Assembly: GCA_963776245.1 (NCBI GenBank)
Contig: CAVZLN010000006.1
Coordinates: forward strand, 1 to 64,000
DNA from: Candidatus Eiseniibacteriota bacterium
Lineage (GTDB): Bacteria; Eisenbacteria; RBG-16-71-46
Length of the DNA: 64,000 nt
Reading direction: 5' to 3'
Shown here one piece after another: positions 53,230-61,973 of this stretch. The translations under genes and the position numbers were made by a program. Below the pieces are notes generated by a model. That model made no database searches. It was not told the DNA's origin and saw only the letters and a list, made by a program, of their open reading frames with translations. Within the stretch, counting starts at the first letter, position 1. Each line of letters starts with the position of its first letter.

Positions 53230-54156
53230 ATGCCCATCCAGCATCTACAGCCGCTCCTCACGGCCGGTGTCGACGTCGGTTCGAGCGCCATCAAGATCGC
53301 GCTGATGCAGAGCGGCGGGGACGGGCCGCCCGCCATGCTCGCCACCGCGACCGAGCGCATCCGCCGGCGCAACGTGTACGAGGTCACCCAGCGCGCCTTC
53401 ACCGCCACCTGCGAGGCCGCCGGGGTCGCGCCCGGCGCGTTCGACTACATCGCCTCGACCGGCGACGGCGACGCGGTCCCGTTCCGCACCGGACACTTCT
53501 ACAGCATGACCACCCACGCGGCCGGCGCCCTGCACCTGGTGCCGCGCGCGCGCGCCGCGCTCGACGTCGGCGCGCTGCACGCGCGCGCCATCCGCATGGA
53601 CGACCGCGGCAAGGTGCTCGCCCACCGCATGACCAGCCAGTGCGCGAGTGGCAGCGGCCAGTTCCTGGAGAACATCGCCCGCTACCTGGGTGTGGCGCTC
53701 GCGGACGTCGGCACGCTCTCGCTCGCGGCCCGCCGCAGCGAACCGGTGTCGAGCATCTGCGCGGTGCTCGCCGAGACCGACGTCATCAACATGGTGAGCC
53801 GCGGCATCTCCACGGCCGAGATCCTGCGCGGCATCCACCACAGCATCGCCGGCCGGCTGGTGCGGCTGGTGCGCTCGGTCGGCGCCACCGACGTGGTGCT
53901 CGTGACCGGCGGGCTGGCGCAGGACGGGGGGCTGCTCGAACGGCTGGAGACCCTCATCAACGAGGGCGACGAGGCCACCCGGGCCGCGCCGCTGCGCGTC
54001 GTGACGCACCCCGAGGCGATCCTCGCGGGCGCCGTCGGCGCGGCCCTGCTGGGCGCCTACCGGCACCGCCAGCTGGCGCAGAGCGGCCGGCTGGCCGCCG
54101 CGGGCACGGCGGTCGGCGTCACAGCGGGGGATCGTACGGAAATACGTCCGCGGTGA
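53230..54156 (+). CDS. bcrD: Benzoyl-CoA reductase subunit D (ATPase)
   Basis: GVDVGS, GHFYSMTTHA, MTSQCASGSGQFLENIARY, CAVLAETDVINMVSRG. Confidence 0.95.
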   Translation: MPIQHLQPLLTAGVDVGSSAIKIALMQSGGDGPPAMLATATERIRRRNVYEVTQRAFTATCEAAGVAPGAFDYIASTGDGDAVPFRTGHFYSMTTHAAGALHLVPRARAALDVGALHARAIRMDDRGKVLAHRMTSQCASGSGQFLENIARYLGVALADVGTLSLAARRSEPVSSICAVLAETDVINMVSRGISTAEILRGIHHSIAGRLVRLVRSVGATDVVLVTGGLAQDGGLLERLETLINEGDEATRAAPLRVVTHPEAILAGAVGAALLGAYRHRQLAQSGRLAAAGTAVGVTAGDRTEIRPR

Positions 54157-55030
54157 CCTCGAGCGGCACGAACGCATCGCGCAGCGGGCCCTCGAGGGCC
54201 GCGGCGACGGACTCCGCGGTCCATCCCCCGGCCTGGTGGAGCTTGACCGTGGGACGGGGCAGCGAGAACAGCACCAGCTCGGCGCCCCGCACCGCGAACA
54301 CCTGCCCGCTCACGCCGCGCGCGGCGTCCGAGACCAGCACCACCGCGAGCGGGGCCACCTGGTCGGCGCGGAGGCGCTGGAGCCCCTCGACGCGCGCTCG
54401 CTCGGCGTCGGAGCTGGCGCCGCCCAGCGTGCCGGTGATGCGCGTCCACGCGAACGGGGCGATGGCGTTGGCGCGGACCCCGAAGCGCGCCAGGTCGAGC
54501 GCGATCGAGCGCGTGAGCCCGACGATGCCGAGCTTGGCGGCGGCATAGTTGGCCTGGCCGAGATTGCCGATGAGCCCCGACGTGGAGGTCATGTTGAGCA
54601 CCGCCCCCGCGCCCTGCGCGCGGAAGCGCTCCGCCGCGGCGCGCGACACGTTGAAGGTGCCCTTGAGGTGCACCGCGATGACCGCGTCCCAGTCGGCCTC
54701 GGTCATCTTGTGGAAGATGACGTCCCGCAGGATGCCGGCGTTGTTCACCACGAAGTCGACGCGGCCGAACTCCCGCACGCAACGCTCGACCATGGCGTGG
54801 GAGTCGTCCCACGACGCCACCGAGCCGTGGTCCGCGACCGCGCGGCCGCCCGCGGTCCCGATGGCGGCCACCACCTCGTCCGCGGGACGCTCGGTCGAGG
54901 GCGCTCCATCCACCGCCACCCCCGCGTCGTTCACCACCACCCCGGCGCCCGCCGCCGCCAGCGCCCGCGCGATCTCGCGCCCGATGCCGCGACCCGCGCC
55001 GGTGACCACCCCGGCCTTGCCCTGGAGCAT
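54119..55030 (-). CDS. SDR oxidoreductase, 3-hydroxyacyl-CoA dehydrogenase-like
   Basis: TGAGRGIG, VVVND, NNAGILRD, NYAAAK. Confidence 0.9.
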   Translation of the reverse strand: MLQGKAGVVTGAGRGIGREIARALAAAGAGVVVNDAGVAVDGAPSTERPADEVVAAIGTAGGRAVADHGSVASWDDSHAMVERCVREFGRVDFVVNNAGILRDVIFHKMTEADWDAVIAVHLKGTFNVSRAAAERFRAQGAGAVLNMTSTSGLIGNLGQANYAAAKLGIVGLTRSIALDLARFGVRANAIAPFAWTRITGTLGGASSDAERARVEGLQRLRADQVAPLAVVLVSDAARGVSGQVFAVRGAELVLFSLPRPTVKLHQAGGWTAESVAAALEGPLRDAFVPLEVTADVFPYDPPL

Positions 55031-55159
55031 CTTCGCCTTTCCCGGCGCCGCCGTGCGATTCTCGGCGGCGCGCGCCCGTTCGATGTCGTACAGTCCCCCG
55101 GCCGAACCTGGTCGCCGCTCGCCCGCGGACCGCATCGCGCGGTCCTGAGGAGGACACCC

Positions 55160-56464
55160 ATGCAGCCGAACCCGCCTGTCACGTCCCTGATCTACGACTG
55201 GAACACCGCCGGCAACGGCTATCCGCACCGCCCGCATCCGGTGGAGTTCGACGATGAGACGCTCCGCGACGGTCTCCAGTCGCCCTCGGTGCGGGACCCC
55301 GACATCGACACCAAGATCCGGCTGCTCCACCTCATGGACCAGCTCGGCATCCACACCGCCGACCTCGGCCTGCCGGGTGCCGGCCCGCGCGCGTGCGCGG
55401 ACATCCTGCTGCTGTGCCGGGAGATCGTGCGCGCGCGCCTGCGCATCACTCCCAACTGCGCGGTGCGGACGGTGCGCGCCGACATCGAACCGCTGATCGA
55501 GATCTCGCAGAAGGTGGGCATCGCGATCGAGACGTGCGCCTTCATCGGCTCGTCCCCGATCCGCCAGTACGCCGAGGACTGGTCGCTCGACACCATGCTG
55601 CGGCTGACCGACGAGGCGGTGTCGTTCGCGGTGCAGAACGGGCTGCCGGTGATGTACGTGACCGAGGACACCACCCGCTCCACCCCCGAGACCATCAAGC
55701 GCCTCTTCACCACCGCGATCGCCGCCGGCGCGAAGCGCGTGTGCGTGGCGGACACGGTGGGCCACATCACGCCCCGCGGCGTGCGCAATCTCATCCCCTA
55801 CGTGCGCCAGATCATCCGCGAGACCGGGGAGGATATCAAGATCGACTGGCATGGCCACAACGACCGCGGCCTCGGTGTCATCAATACCATCACCGCGATG
55901 ACCTCGGGCGTGGACCGCGTGCACGCGACCGCGCTCGGCATCGGCGAACGCGTGGGCAACTGCTCGATGGACCAGCTGCTCATCAACCTGCGGCTGATGG
56001 GCTATATCGACAACGATCTCTCGGCGCTGGCGGAGTACACCCGTGCCGCCAGCGAGGCCACCCAGGTGCCGATCCCGCCCAACTACCCGGTGTTCGGCCA
56101 CGACGCCTTCCGCACCGCCACCGGCGTGCATGCCGCGGCCATCATCAAGGCGAAGAAGAAGGGCGAGGACTGGCTCGCCGACCTCGTGTACTCGGGCGTG
56201 CCGGCCGGGATGGTGGGCCTGCACCAGCGGATCGAGGTCGGGTTCATGTCGGGCATGTCGAACGTCGTCTACTGGCTGCACGCGCACGGCTTCGAGGCCG
56301 AGGAGCGCCTGGTCGAGGCGATCTTCCGTGCCGCCAAGGAGCACAATCGCGTGCTCACCGACGACGAGCTCACCCAGATCTGCAAGTTCGAGAAGGCCGT
56401 CGAGCAGCGCCCGATGACGATCGAGACCCTGGGCGCCTGGAAGCACGAGATCGAGGAGCCCTAG
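55160..56464 (+). CDS. LeuA/DRE-TIM family acetyl-CoA-condensing synthase without a regulatory domain
   Basis: DETLRDGLQ, ADTVG, WHGHNDRGLG, LGIGERVGN; 434 aa. Confidence 0.85.
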   Translation: MQPNPPVTSLIYDWNTAGNGYPHRPHPVEFDDETLRDGLQSPSVRDPDIDTKIRLLHLMDQLGIHTADLGLPGAGPRACADILLLCREIVRARLRITPNCAVRTVRADIEPLIEISQKVGIAIETCAFIGSSPIRQYAEDWSLDTMLRLTDEAVSFAVQNGLPVMYVTEDTTRSTPETIKRLFTTAIAAGAKRVCVADTVGHITPRGVRNLIPYVRQIIRETGEDIKIDWHGHNDRGLGVINTITAMTSGVDRVHATALGIGERVGNCSMDQLLINLRLMGYIDNDLSALAEYTRAASEATQVPIPPNYPVFGHDAFRTATGVHAAAIIKAKKKGEDWLADLVYSGVPAGMVGLHQRIEVGFMSGMSNVVYWLHAHGFEAEERLVEAIFRAAKEHNRVLTDDELTQICKFEKAVEQRPMTIETLGAWKHEIEEP

Positions 56465-56477
56465 CGCCAGACGATTG

Positions 56478-56572
56478 CGACGGACGTCGGTGCGCGGGTG
56501 GGTCCGAAGGAGGCATCCCGGCGAAGCGGATTCATGCCTCCGCAGGACCCGCCCGCGCACCGACGTCCGTCG
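56478..56572. repeat. Long inverted repeat (27/28-bp outer arms plus an 8-bp inner stem) between convergent genes
   Basis: CGACGGACGTCGGTGCGCGGGTGGGTCC (56478-56505) pairs with GGACCCGCCCGCGCACCGACGTCCGTCG (56545-56572); inner GGAGGCAT/ATGCCTCC. Confidence 0.85.
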
Positions 56573-56608
56573 TCCGCATGGGCACTTGCTGCGCCGAGAG
56601 ACCCGCGA

Positions 56609-57787
56609 TCAGACGCGCTCGAGCAGCATCGCGAAGCCCATCCCTCCCGACACGCACAGCGTGGCCAGTCCGCGCCGCGCCTGGCGCCGGCGCATCTCGT
56701 GGAGCAGCGTCACCACGATGCGCGTCCCGGTGGCCCCGATCGGGTGCCCCAGGGCGATGGCCCCGCCGTTCACGTTGAGCCGTTCGCGGTCGAAGCGCAG
56801 TTCGCGGTCGCACGCCAGCACCTGCGAGGCGAACGCCTCATTGAGCTCCACCAGATCGATGTCGCCGAGCGCCACCCCGGTGCGCGCCTCCAGCCGGTGC
56901 ACCGCCGGCACCGGACCGATCCCCATGATCTCGGGCGCCACGCCCGCGGTCGCGAACCCCGCGAGGCGCGCCCACGGCGTGACCCCATGGCGCGCCGCGG
57001 CGTCCGCCGACATCACCAGCACCGCGGCCGCTCCATCCGTGATGCCCGAGGAATTGCCCGCGTGCACGCTCCCGCCCTTCTTGAACACCGCCGGCAGCTC
57101 GGCCAGCGCCGCGGCCGTCACCCCGTCGCGCGGATGCTCGTCGGCCTCGACCCGCGTGGTCCTGCGGCCGTCCGCCACCTCCACCGCGACGATCTCGTCG
57201 GCGAACCGGCCGGCGCGGCGCGCGCTCTCGCACCGCTGCTGGCTCGTCGCGGCGTAAGCGTCCTGCTCCGCGCGCGGGATCGCGTACTGTTCCGCCAGCG
57301 TCTCGGCGGTCTCGCCCATGATGCGGCCGCTCAGCGGGCAGAGGAACCCGTCCCGGTACATGCCGTCGGTGAGCTCGCCATGGCCGAGCCGGTAGCCCCA
57401 GCGCGCCCGTTCGAGCATGTAGGGCACGCGGCTCATGGACTCGGTGCCGCCCGCCAGCACCACGTCGGTCTCGCCATCGCGGATGATGCGGGCCGCCGAC
57501 AGGATGGCCTGGAGACCAGAGGCGCACGCCATGTTGATCGTGAAGGCCGGTGACTCGTCGGGCACTCCCGCGCGACGCCCGACCTGGCGCGCCGGGTTCG
57601 GGCCGCCCCCGGCCTGACGCGCGTTGCCGAACACCGTGTAGCCCACCGCGGCGGGCGCGAGCCCCGCGCGCTCCAGGCTCGCGCGCGCGGCACAGCCGCC
57701 GAGCTCGGCCGCGGTGAGCGACGCGAGCGCGCCGCCGAAGCGGCCGATCGGGGTCCGGACGGGGGATGCGAGGACGATCTCGGTCAT
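56609..57787 (-). CDS. Acetyl-CoA C-acyltransferase (thiolase)
   Basis: RTPIG, NMACASG, NEAF, GHPIGATG, LCVSGGMG. Confidence 0.95.
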   Translation of the reverse strand: MTEIVLASPVRTPIGRFGGALASLTAAELGGCAARASLERAGLAPAAVGYTVFGNARQAGGGPNPARQVGRRAGVPDESPAFTINMACASGLQAILSAARIIRDGETDVVLAGGTESMSRVPYMLERARWGYRLGHGELTDGMYRDGFLCPLSGRIMGETAETLAEQYAIPRAEQDAYAATSQQRCESARRAGRFADEIVAVEVADGRRTTRVEADEHPRDGVTAAALAELPAVFKKGGSVHAGNSSGITDGAAAVLVMSADAAARHGVTPWARLAGFATAGVAPEIMGIGPVPAVHRLEARTGVALGDIDLVELNEAFASQVLACDRELRFDRERLNVNGGAIALGHPIGATGTRIVVTLLHEMRRRQARRGLATLCVSGGMGFAMLLERV

Positions 57788-57969
57788 CGAAAGGCTCCTG
57801 AAAGGGCGGACGGCGCGCGGGCGCGGGCTCGGACGGGGCGCACTATAGCATCGGCTCGCGCCGCGGGCGCTCGGGGCGGGCCCCTCGCTCACGCGCCGCG
57901 GGGCTGTCGTGCTAGCGTGGGCGGCCCCGCTCACCGACCCATCGCTTCCCCCCGGAGGACGCACCCGCC

Positions 57970-58503
57970 ATGGCCGACGAGAAGAAGGAACCCTGGCTCA
58001 ATTACCTCGCGCTCACCACCATCGTCCTCGCGGTGTGCGCCACGCTCTCGACGTTCAAGGGCAGCTCGTATTCCACCCGTTCGGTGATGAGCCAGACGCT
58101 CGCCGCCAACCAGTGGGCGTACTTCCAGGCCAAGAGCCTCAAGGGCTACCTCTACGAGATCCAGAAGCAGGAGTTCGAGATCGAGATCGCGACCAATCCG
58201 GACCGCTGGCCGGCGGCGACCGTGGCGCGCTACCGCTCGCTCGCGGACCGTTACGGGGCGGAGATCGCCCGCTACGACGAGGAGAAGCGGCAGATCCAGG
58301 CTGAGGCGAAGCGGCTCGAGGCGCGGCGGGACCATGCCCAGCGCCACTCGCAGGCGTTCGGGATCGCGGTCATCTTCCTGCAGATCGGCATCCTGCTCTC
58401 GTCGGTCGCCGCGCTGCTCAGGAGGAAACCGCTGTGGTGGTTCGGCATGGCATCCGGGGCGGCCGGCATGTATCACTTCGCCTACGGGTTCCTCGCCCCT
58501 TGA
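57970..58503 (+). CDS. DUF4337-like membrane protein
   Basis: ANQWAYFQAKSLK motif; three TM segments and a coiled coil. Confidence 0.75.
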   Translation: MADEKKEPWLNYLALTTIVLAVCATLSTFKGSSYSTRSVMSQTLAANQWAYFQAKSLKGYLYEIQKQEFEIEIATNPDRWPAATVARYRSLADRYGAEIARYDEEKRQIQAEAKRLEARRDHAQRHSQAFGIAVIFLQIGILLSSVAALLRRKPLWWFGMASGAAGMYHFAYGFLAP

Positions 58504-58542
58504 GCATCCCGGAAGCGACGTCACGGACCCGCATGTGAGAAC

Positions 58543-58956
58543 ATGGCGCCCATGCTCGAACGTCGGTTCCCCCGCTCCATCGATTCGCTCGAAGCGCTGT
58601 TCGCCTGGGTGCGTGAGTTCCTCGCCGCCGAGGGGCTCGACGAGTCACGCGCGTTCACGCTCGACCTGGTGGCCGAGGAGCTGTTCACCAACCGCGTGAA
58701 GCACGCGCGCGGCGGTCGCGACCTCGCGCTCACGCTCGCGCGCGCGGGGGACGTCGTGGAGCTCACAGTGCGCGACCCCGGCGGCACGCCGTTCGACCCC
58801 ATGCAGGCGCCCGCGGCCGGGCTCGACGGCCCGCTCGAAGAGCGCCGCGCCGGCGGGATGGGGCTCCATCTGGTGCGCGCGCTCGTGAGCGAGCTCCGCT
58901 ATCATCGCGACGGGGGCGACGACGTGCTCACCGCGCTCGTTCGACCGGAGGACTGA
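58543..58956 (+). CDS. RsbW-like anti-sigma factor / Ser kinase
   Basis: EELFTN (N box), DPGGTPFDP, GGMGLHLV. Confidence 0.85.
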   Translation: MAPMLERRFPRSIDSLEALFAWVREFLAAEGLDESRAFTLDLVAEELFTNRVKHARGGRDLALTLARAGDVVELTVRDPGGTPFDPMQAPAAGLDGPLEERRAGGMGLHLVRALVSELRYHRDGGDDVLTALVRPED

Positions 58957-59240
58957 TGTTCGAGATCCGCACCACCCCTGATGGGACCGTCCATCTCCTG
59001 GGCCGCCTCGACGCGTCCCAGTCCGACGCCGCGATGGAAGCCCTCTCCCAGCTCGCCGGACCCGTGGTGCTCGACTGCGCCGGGCTCGACTACATCTCGA
59101 GCGCCGGCCTCGGCGCGCTGATCGAGACCTTCAAGCGCCTGCGGCTCAGGGGCCACACCCTCCGCCTGTCGAACGTCACCCCGCGGGTGAAGAGCGTGTT
59201 CAAGCTGGCGAATCTCGACACGCTGCTGGGCATCGAGTAG
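58956..59240 (+). CDS. STAS-domain anti-anti-sigma factor
   Basis: GRLD, LDYISSAGL. Confidence 0.9.
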   Translation: MFEIRTTPDGTVHLLGRLDASQSDAAMEALSQLAGPVVLDCAGLDYISSAGLGALIETFKRLRLRGHTLRLSNVTPRVKSVFKLANLDTLLGIE

Positions 59241-59401
59241 CCCCCGCGGGCCGGCCCACCCCTCCGGGCCTGACGATTTTCCTGCCGGCCGGAAGATTTC
59301 CCTTCGGACGCAGCCCCCCCACCGGTATCCTGCGCCCCGCGGAGCAGCGCCCCCGTTCCTGCCTCCTGCCGCGTTCCGCTGGCCGACGACGGATCATCCC
59401 C

Positions 59402-59427
59402 CCAACCTTTCGGGCGGATCCCTGTCT
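59402..59427 (+). promoter_or_regulatory. Candidate ECF promoter of the sigma gene
   Basis: CAACC-N16-GTC just before ATG 59430; same architecture as 60772-60797. Confidence 0.55.
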
Positions 59428-59429
59428 TG

Positions 59430-59984
59430 ATGGATGAACGACGCGTGGAAGCCCTGGTGCGGAGGACCCTCGACGGGGACTCCCGGGCGTTCGGCGAGAT
59501 CGTCGCCGAGCACCAGAAGGTCCTGTTCAACGTCGCGTTGCGGATGACCAACGACCGCGAGGACGCCGCCGATCTGGTGCAGACGGCGTTCCTCAGGGCC
59601 TACCGCAGCCTCGGCACCTGGGACCCGCGTCACCGGTTCTTCTCGTGGATCTACCGCATCCTCCTCAATGCCACGCTGGATCATCTGAGCCGCCGGCGCC
59701 CGCACGAGGAACTGGACGAGCGCCTCCCGTCGGGGGGGGCATCGCCCGAGGACCGGATCCACGAGCGCGAGATCGGGGAGATCGTGCAGGGGGCGCTGAT
59801 GACGCTCGCGGTGGAGAAGCGGCAGGTGATCATCCTGCGCCACTTCCTGCAGCTGTCGCACCGAGACATGAGTGAGGCACTCGGTGTACCGGAGAAGACG
59901 GTCAAATCGCGCCTGCACGAAGCTCGGCGGGCGCTGGGCGCGATTCTCGAGCGGCGGGGGTACCACCATGACCATCCACGATGA
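59430..59984 (+). CDS. ECF RNA polymerase sigma-70 factor
   Basis: DAADLVQTAFLRAY, FFSWIYRI, TVKSRLHEAR. Confidence 0.93.
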   Translation: MDERRVEALVRRTLDGDSRAFGEIVAEHQKVLFNVALRMTNDREDAADLVQTAFLRAYRSLGTWDPRHRFFSWIYRILLNATLDHLSRRRPHEELDERLPSGGASPEDRIHEREIGEIVQGALMTLAVEKRQVIILRHFLQLSHRDMSEALGVPEKTVKSRLHEARRALGAILERRGYHHDHPR

Positions 59985-60750
59985 AGGCATCGAACGACTG
60001 ATCCAGGAGGTGCTCGACGGCACCGCCAGCGACGCGGAGCGGACGCGCCTGCAGGACCTCCTGGCCCGCGACCCGGCGGTGCGCGAGCGCCATGCCGAGC
60101 TGGAGTCGCTGTTCCGAGCACTCTCCTCGGTCCCGAGCGCGGAGGCGCCCGCCGGCCTCGAGCCGGCGGTGATGCGCGCCGTCGCGGCCGAAGCGCGGGC
60201 CCACCCGCCGCGGAGCGGGTGGCTCGAGGCGGTCCGCGCCGCGTTGACGAGGCGGCCGGGGGTGTCGCTGGCCTACGGATTCGTGGCGGGGGCGCTCGTG
60301 GGCGCCACCGTCCTCGGCGTGATGACGGGGGGGCTCAGCCCGCGCGTGCGCGCTCAGCTGCCGGTTGCGGGCACCATGATGCCCATGCCGCCGCGCACCG
60401 CGGGCGCCCTCGTCGCCCGTGACGTGGTGCGGGTCGGGGACGCCAACGTGACTCTCGAAGCCCGGCGCGATGGCGCCACCATCGAGTTGAGCGTGGATCC
60501 GGGATCCGCGCCCGGGCTCGAGACCGAGGTGCTCTACGACGAGGCCAGGCTCACGACGCTGGGCGTCACCTGGTCGCGTCCCGGCAGGCACGTGCTCGAC
60601 GTGACCGCCGGGCGTGCGGTGACCACCCAGAGCGGCGACGAGCCGTTCCGCCTCGCGCTGGCGGCGGCCGGCGAGGAGGCGCCGCTGCGCGTGCGGCTGC
60701 GCCGCGGGGCGGTGAGCGTGGAGCGCGCGCTCGAGGCCACCGCCCGGTGA
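59968..60750 (+). CDS. Transmembrane anti-sigma factor
   Basis: Overlaps the sigma gene; N-terminal LDG..S..E...L anti-sigma-like domain, single TM helix, extracytoplasmic domain. Confidence 0.75.
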   Translation: MTIHDEGIERLIQEVLDGTASDAERTRLQDLLARDPAVRERHAELESLFRALSSVPSAEAPAGLEPAVMRAVAAEARAHPPRSGWLEAVRAALTRRPGVSLAYGFVAGALVGATVLGVMTGGLSPRVRAQLPVAGTMMPMPPRTAGALVARDVVRVGDANVTLEARRDGATIELSVDPGSAPGLETEVLYDEARLTTLGVTWSRPGRHVLDVTAGRAVTTQSGDEPFRLALAAAGEEAPLRVRLRRGAVSVERALEATAR

Positions 60751-60771
60751 GCGCCGCGGGGCACCCCGCCA

Positions 60772-60797
60772 CCAACCTTTCGAACCGGTTGAAGTCA
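60772..60797 (+). promoter_or_regulatory. Candidate ECF promoter of the downstream exported protein
   Basis: CCAACCTTTCG identical to 59402-59412, with GTC at the same spacing. Confidence 0.55.
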
Positions 60798-60871
60798 TTC
60801 CCGACACGGACGAGGAGTCCACAAGGTCCGGCCCCTAGGAGCCGGTGGTACCAAGCCAGAGGGAGGAAGTG

Positions 60872-61855
60872 ATGAAGAACAACCGCATCATGATCATCGT
60901 GGCGATCGTGGCGATCGGCGGCGCCGTGGCCTACTTCGGCCTCAAGGGCAAGTTCCCGCCCGCGAGCGGCACCGAGGGCGCGATCGGGGCGGCCAACCGC
61001 TACACGGCACAGCAGATCGCCGACCAGGACGTGGCGCTCAAGAACCCCGACGTCCAGGCCTTCCTCCAGAGCGACACGTTCCACCAGCTGGCGACCAACG
61101 CGGACTTCCGGACGATGGTGAAGGACGGCGCGTTCAATCGGGTCGCCGAGTACATGGCGTCGAAGGAGGTCGAGGGGTTCATCAGCAACCCGCGCAAGAT
61201 CGACGATGGCACCAGCGGTGCCGGCGCCCCGCGGCCTCGCCGCAACAACCCGCTCGGCCAGCCGTCGCGCTGGACCGGGGACCGCCTCGCCATCCTCGAC
61301 GGTCTGCGGCTGGTGTCCGCGGACAAGAACGTGATCAGCATGCCGGCGGACCAGCGCCAGGTGCTGTTCTCGAAGGCGATGACGACCCTGCTGGCGGACC
61401 AGGCGTACGTCGCGATGCTCGGCGACCAGGCGTTCCAGACCGCCGCGAAGAACGGCAAGCTCGACGCCCTGTCCGGCAAGCTCGGGGAGACCTGGGATCA
61501 CTTCAAGATGGACCCCAATCAGCAGGTGCTGACGGCGGACAACGCCTGGGCGCCGATGGTCGGCGGAGACGCGCTCCACAACCTCATCGAGGAGCGCACC
61601 CAGTCCGTCCGCGCCGAGGAGAGCCACGCCCAGATGGGCGTCATCGACCTGCTCGCGATCGACGGCTTCGCGCAGATCTCGGACGGCTTCCGGGCGATCG
61701 CCTTCGACCCGGCGGTCCAGCAGATGGTGAGCCGGGACGAGTACAAGGTCGTGGACAACGCGGTGTTCGCCGACGCGCTGAACCATCCTCCCTTCATCGA
61801 GCTGCTCCGGGTGGGTGCGGACTTCGGGAAGCTGATCGGGCCGGAACAGCAGTAG
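60872..61855 (+). CDS. Hypothetical membrane-anchored/exported helical protein
   Basis: GGAGG RBS, N-terminal TM/signal, EGAIGAANRY motif, strong coding bias. Confidence 0.75.
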   Translation: MKNNRIMIIVAIVAIGGAVAYFGLKGKFPPASGTEGAIGAANRYTAQQIADQDVALKNPDVQAFLQSDTFHQLATNADFRTMVKDGAFNRVAEYMASKEVEGFISNPRKIDDGTSGAGAPRPRRNNPLGQPSRWTGDRLAILDGLRLVSADKNVISMPADQRQVLFSKAMTTLLADQAYVAMLGDQAFQTAAKNGKLDALSGKLGETWDHFKMDPNQQVLTADNAWAPMVGGDALHNLIEERTQSVRAEESHAQMGVIDLLAIDGFAQISDGFRAIAFDPAVQQMVSRDEYKVVDNAVFADALNHPPFIELLRVGADFGKLIGPEQQ

Positions 61856-61973
61856 TTCCAGTCGACGGTATCGTGACGACGCGGGTCGCCCACCGGGGCC
61901 CGCCGACCGGAGCGAGGAGGTCCTGCGGTGACGCCGCGGGATCTCCTCGCCGCACTGTGGACGCTCGAGGCCC

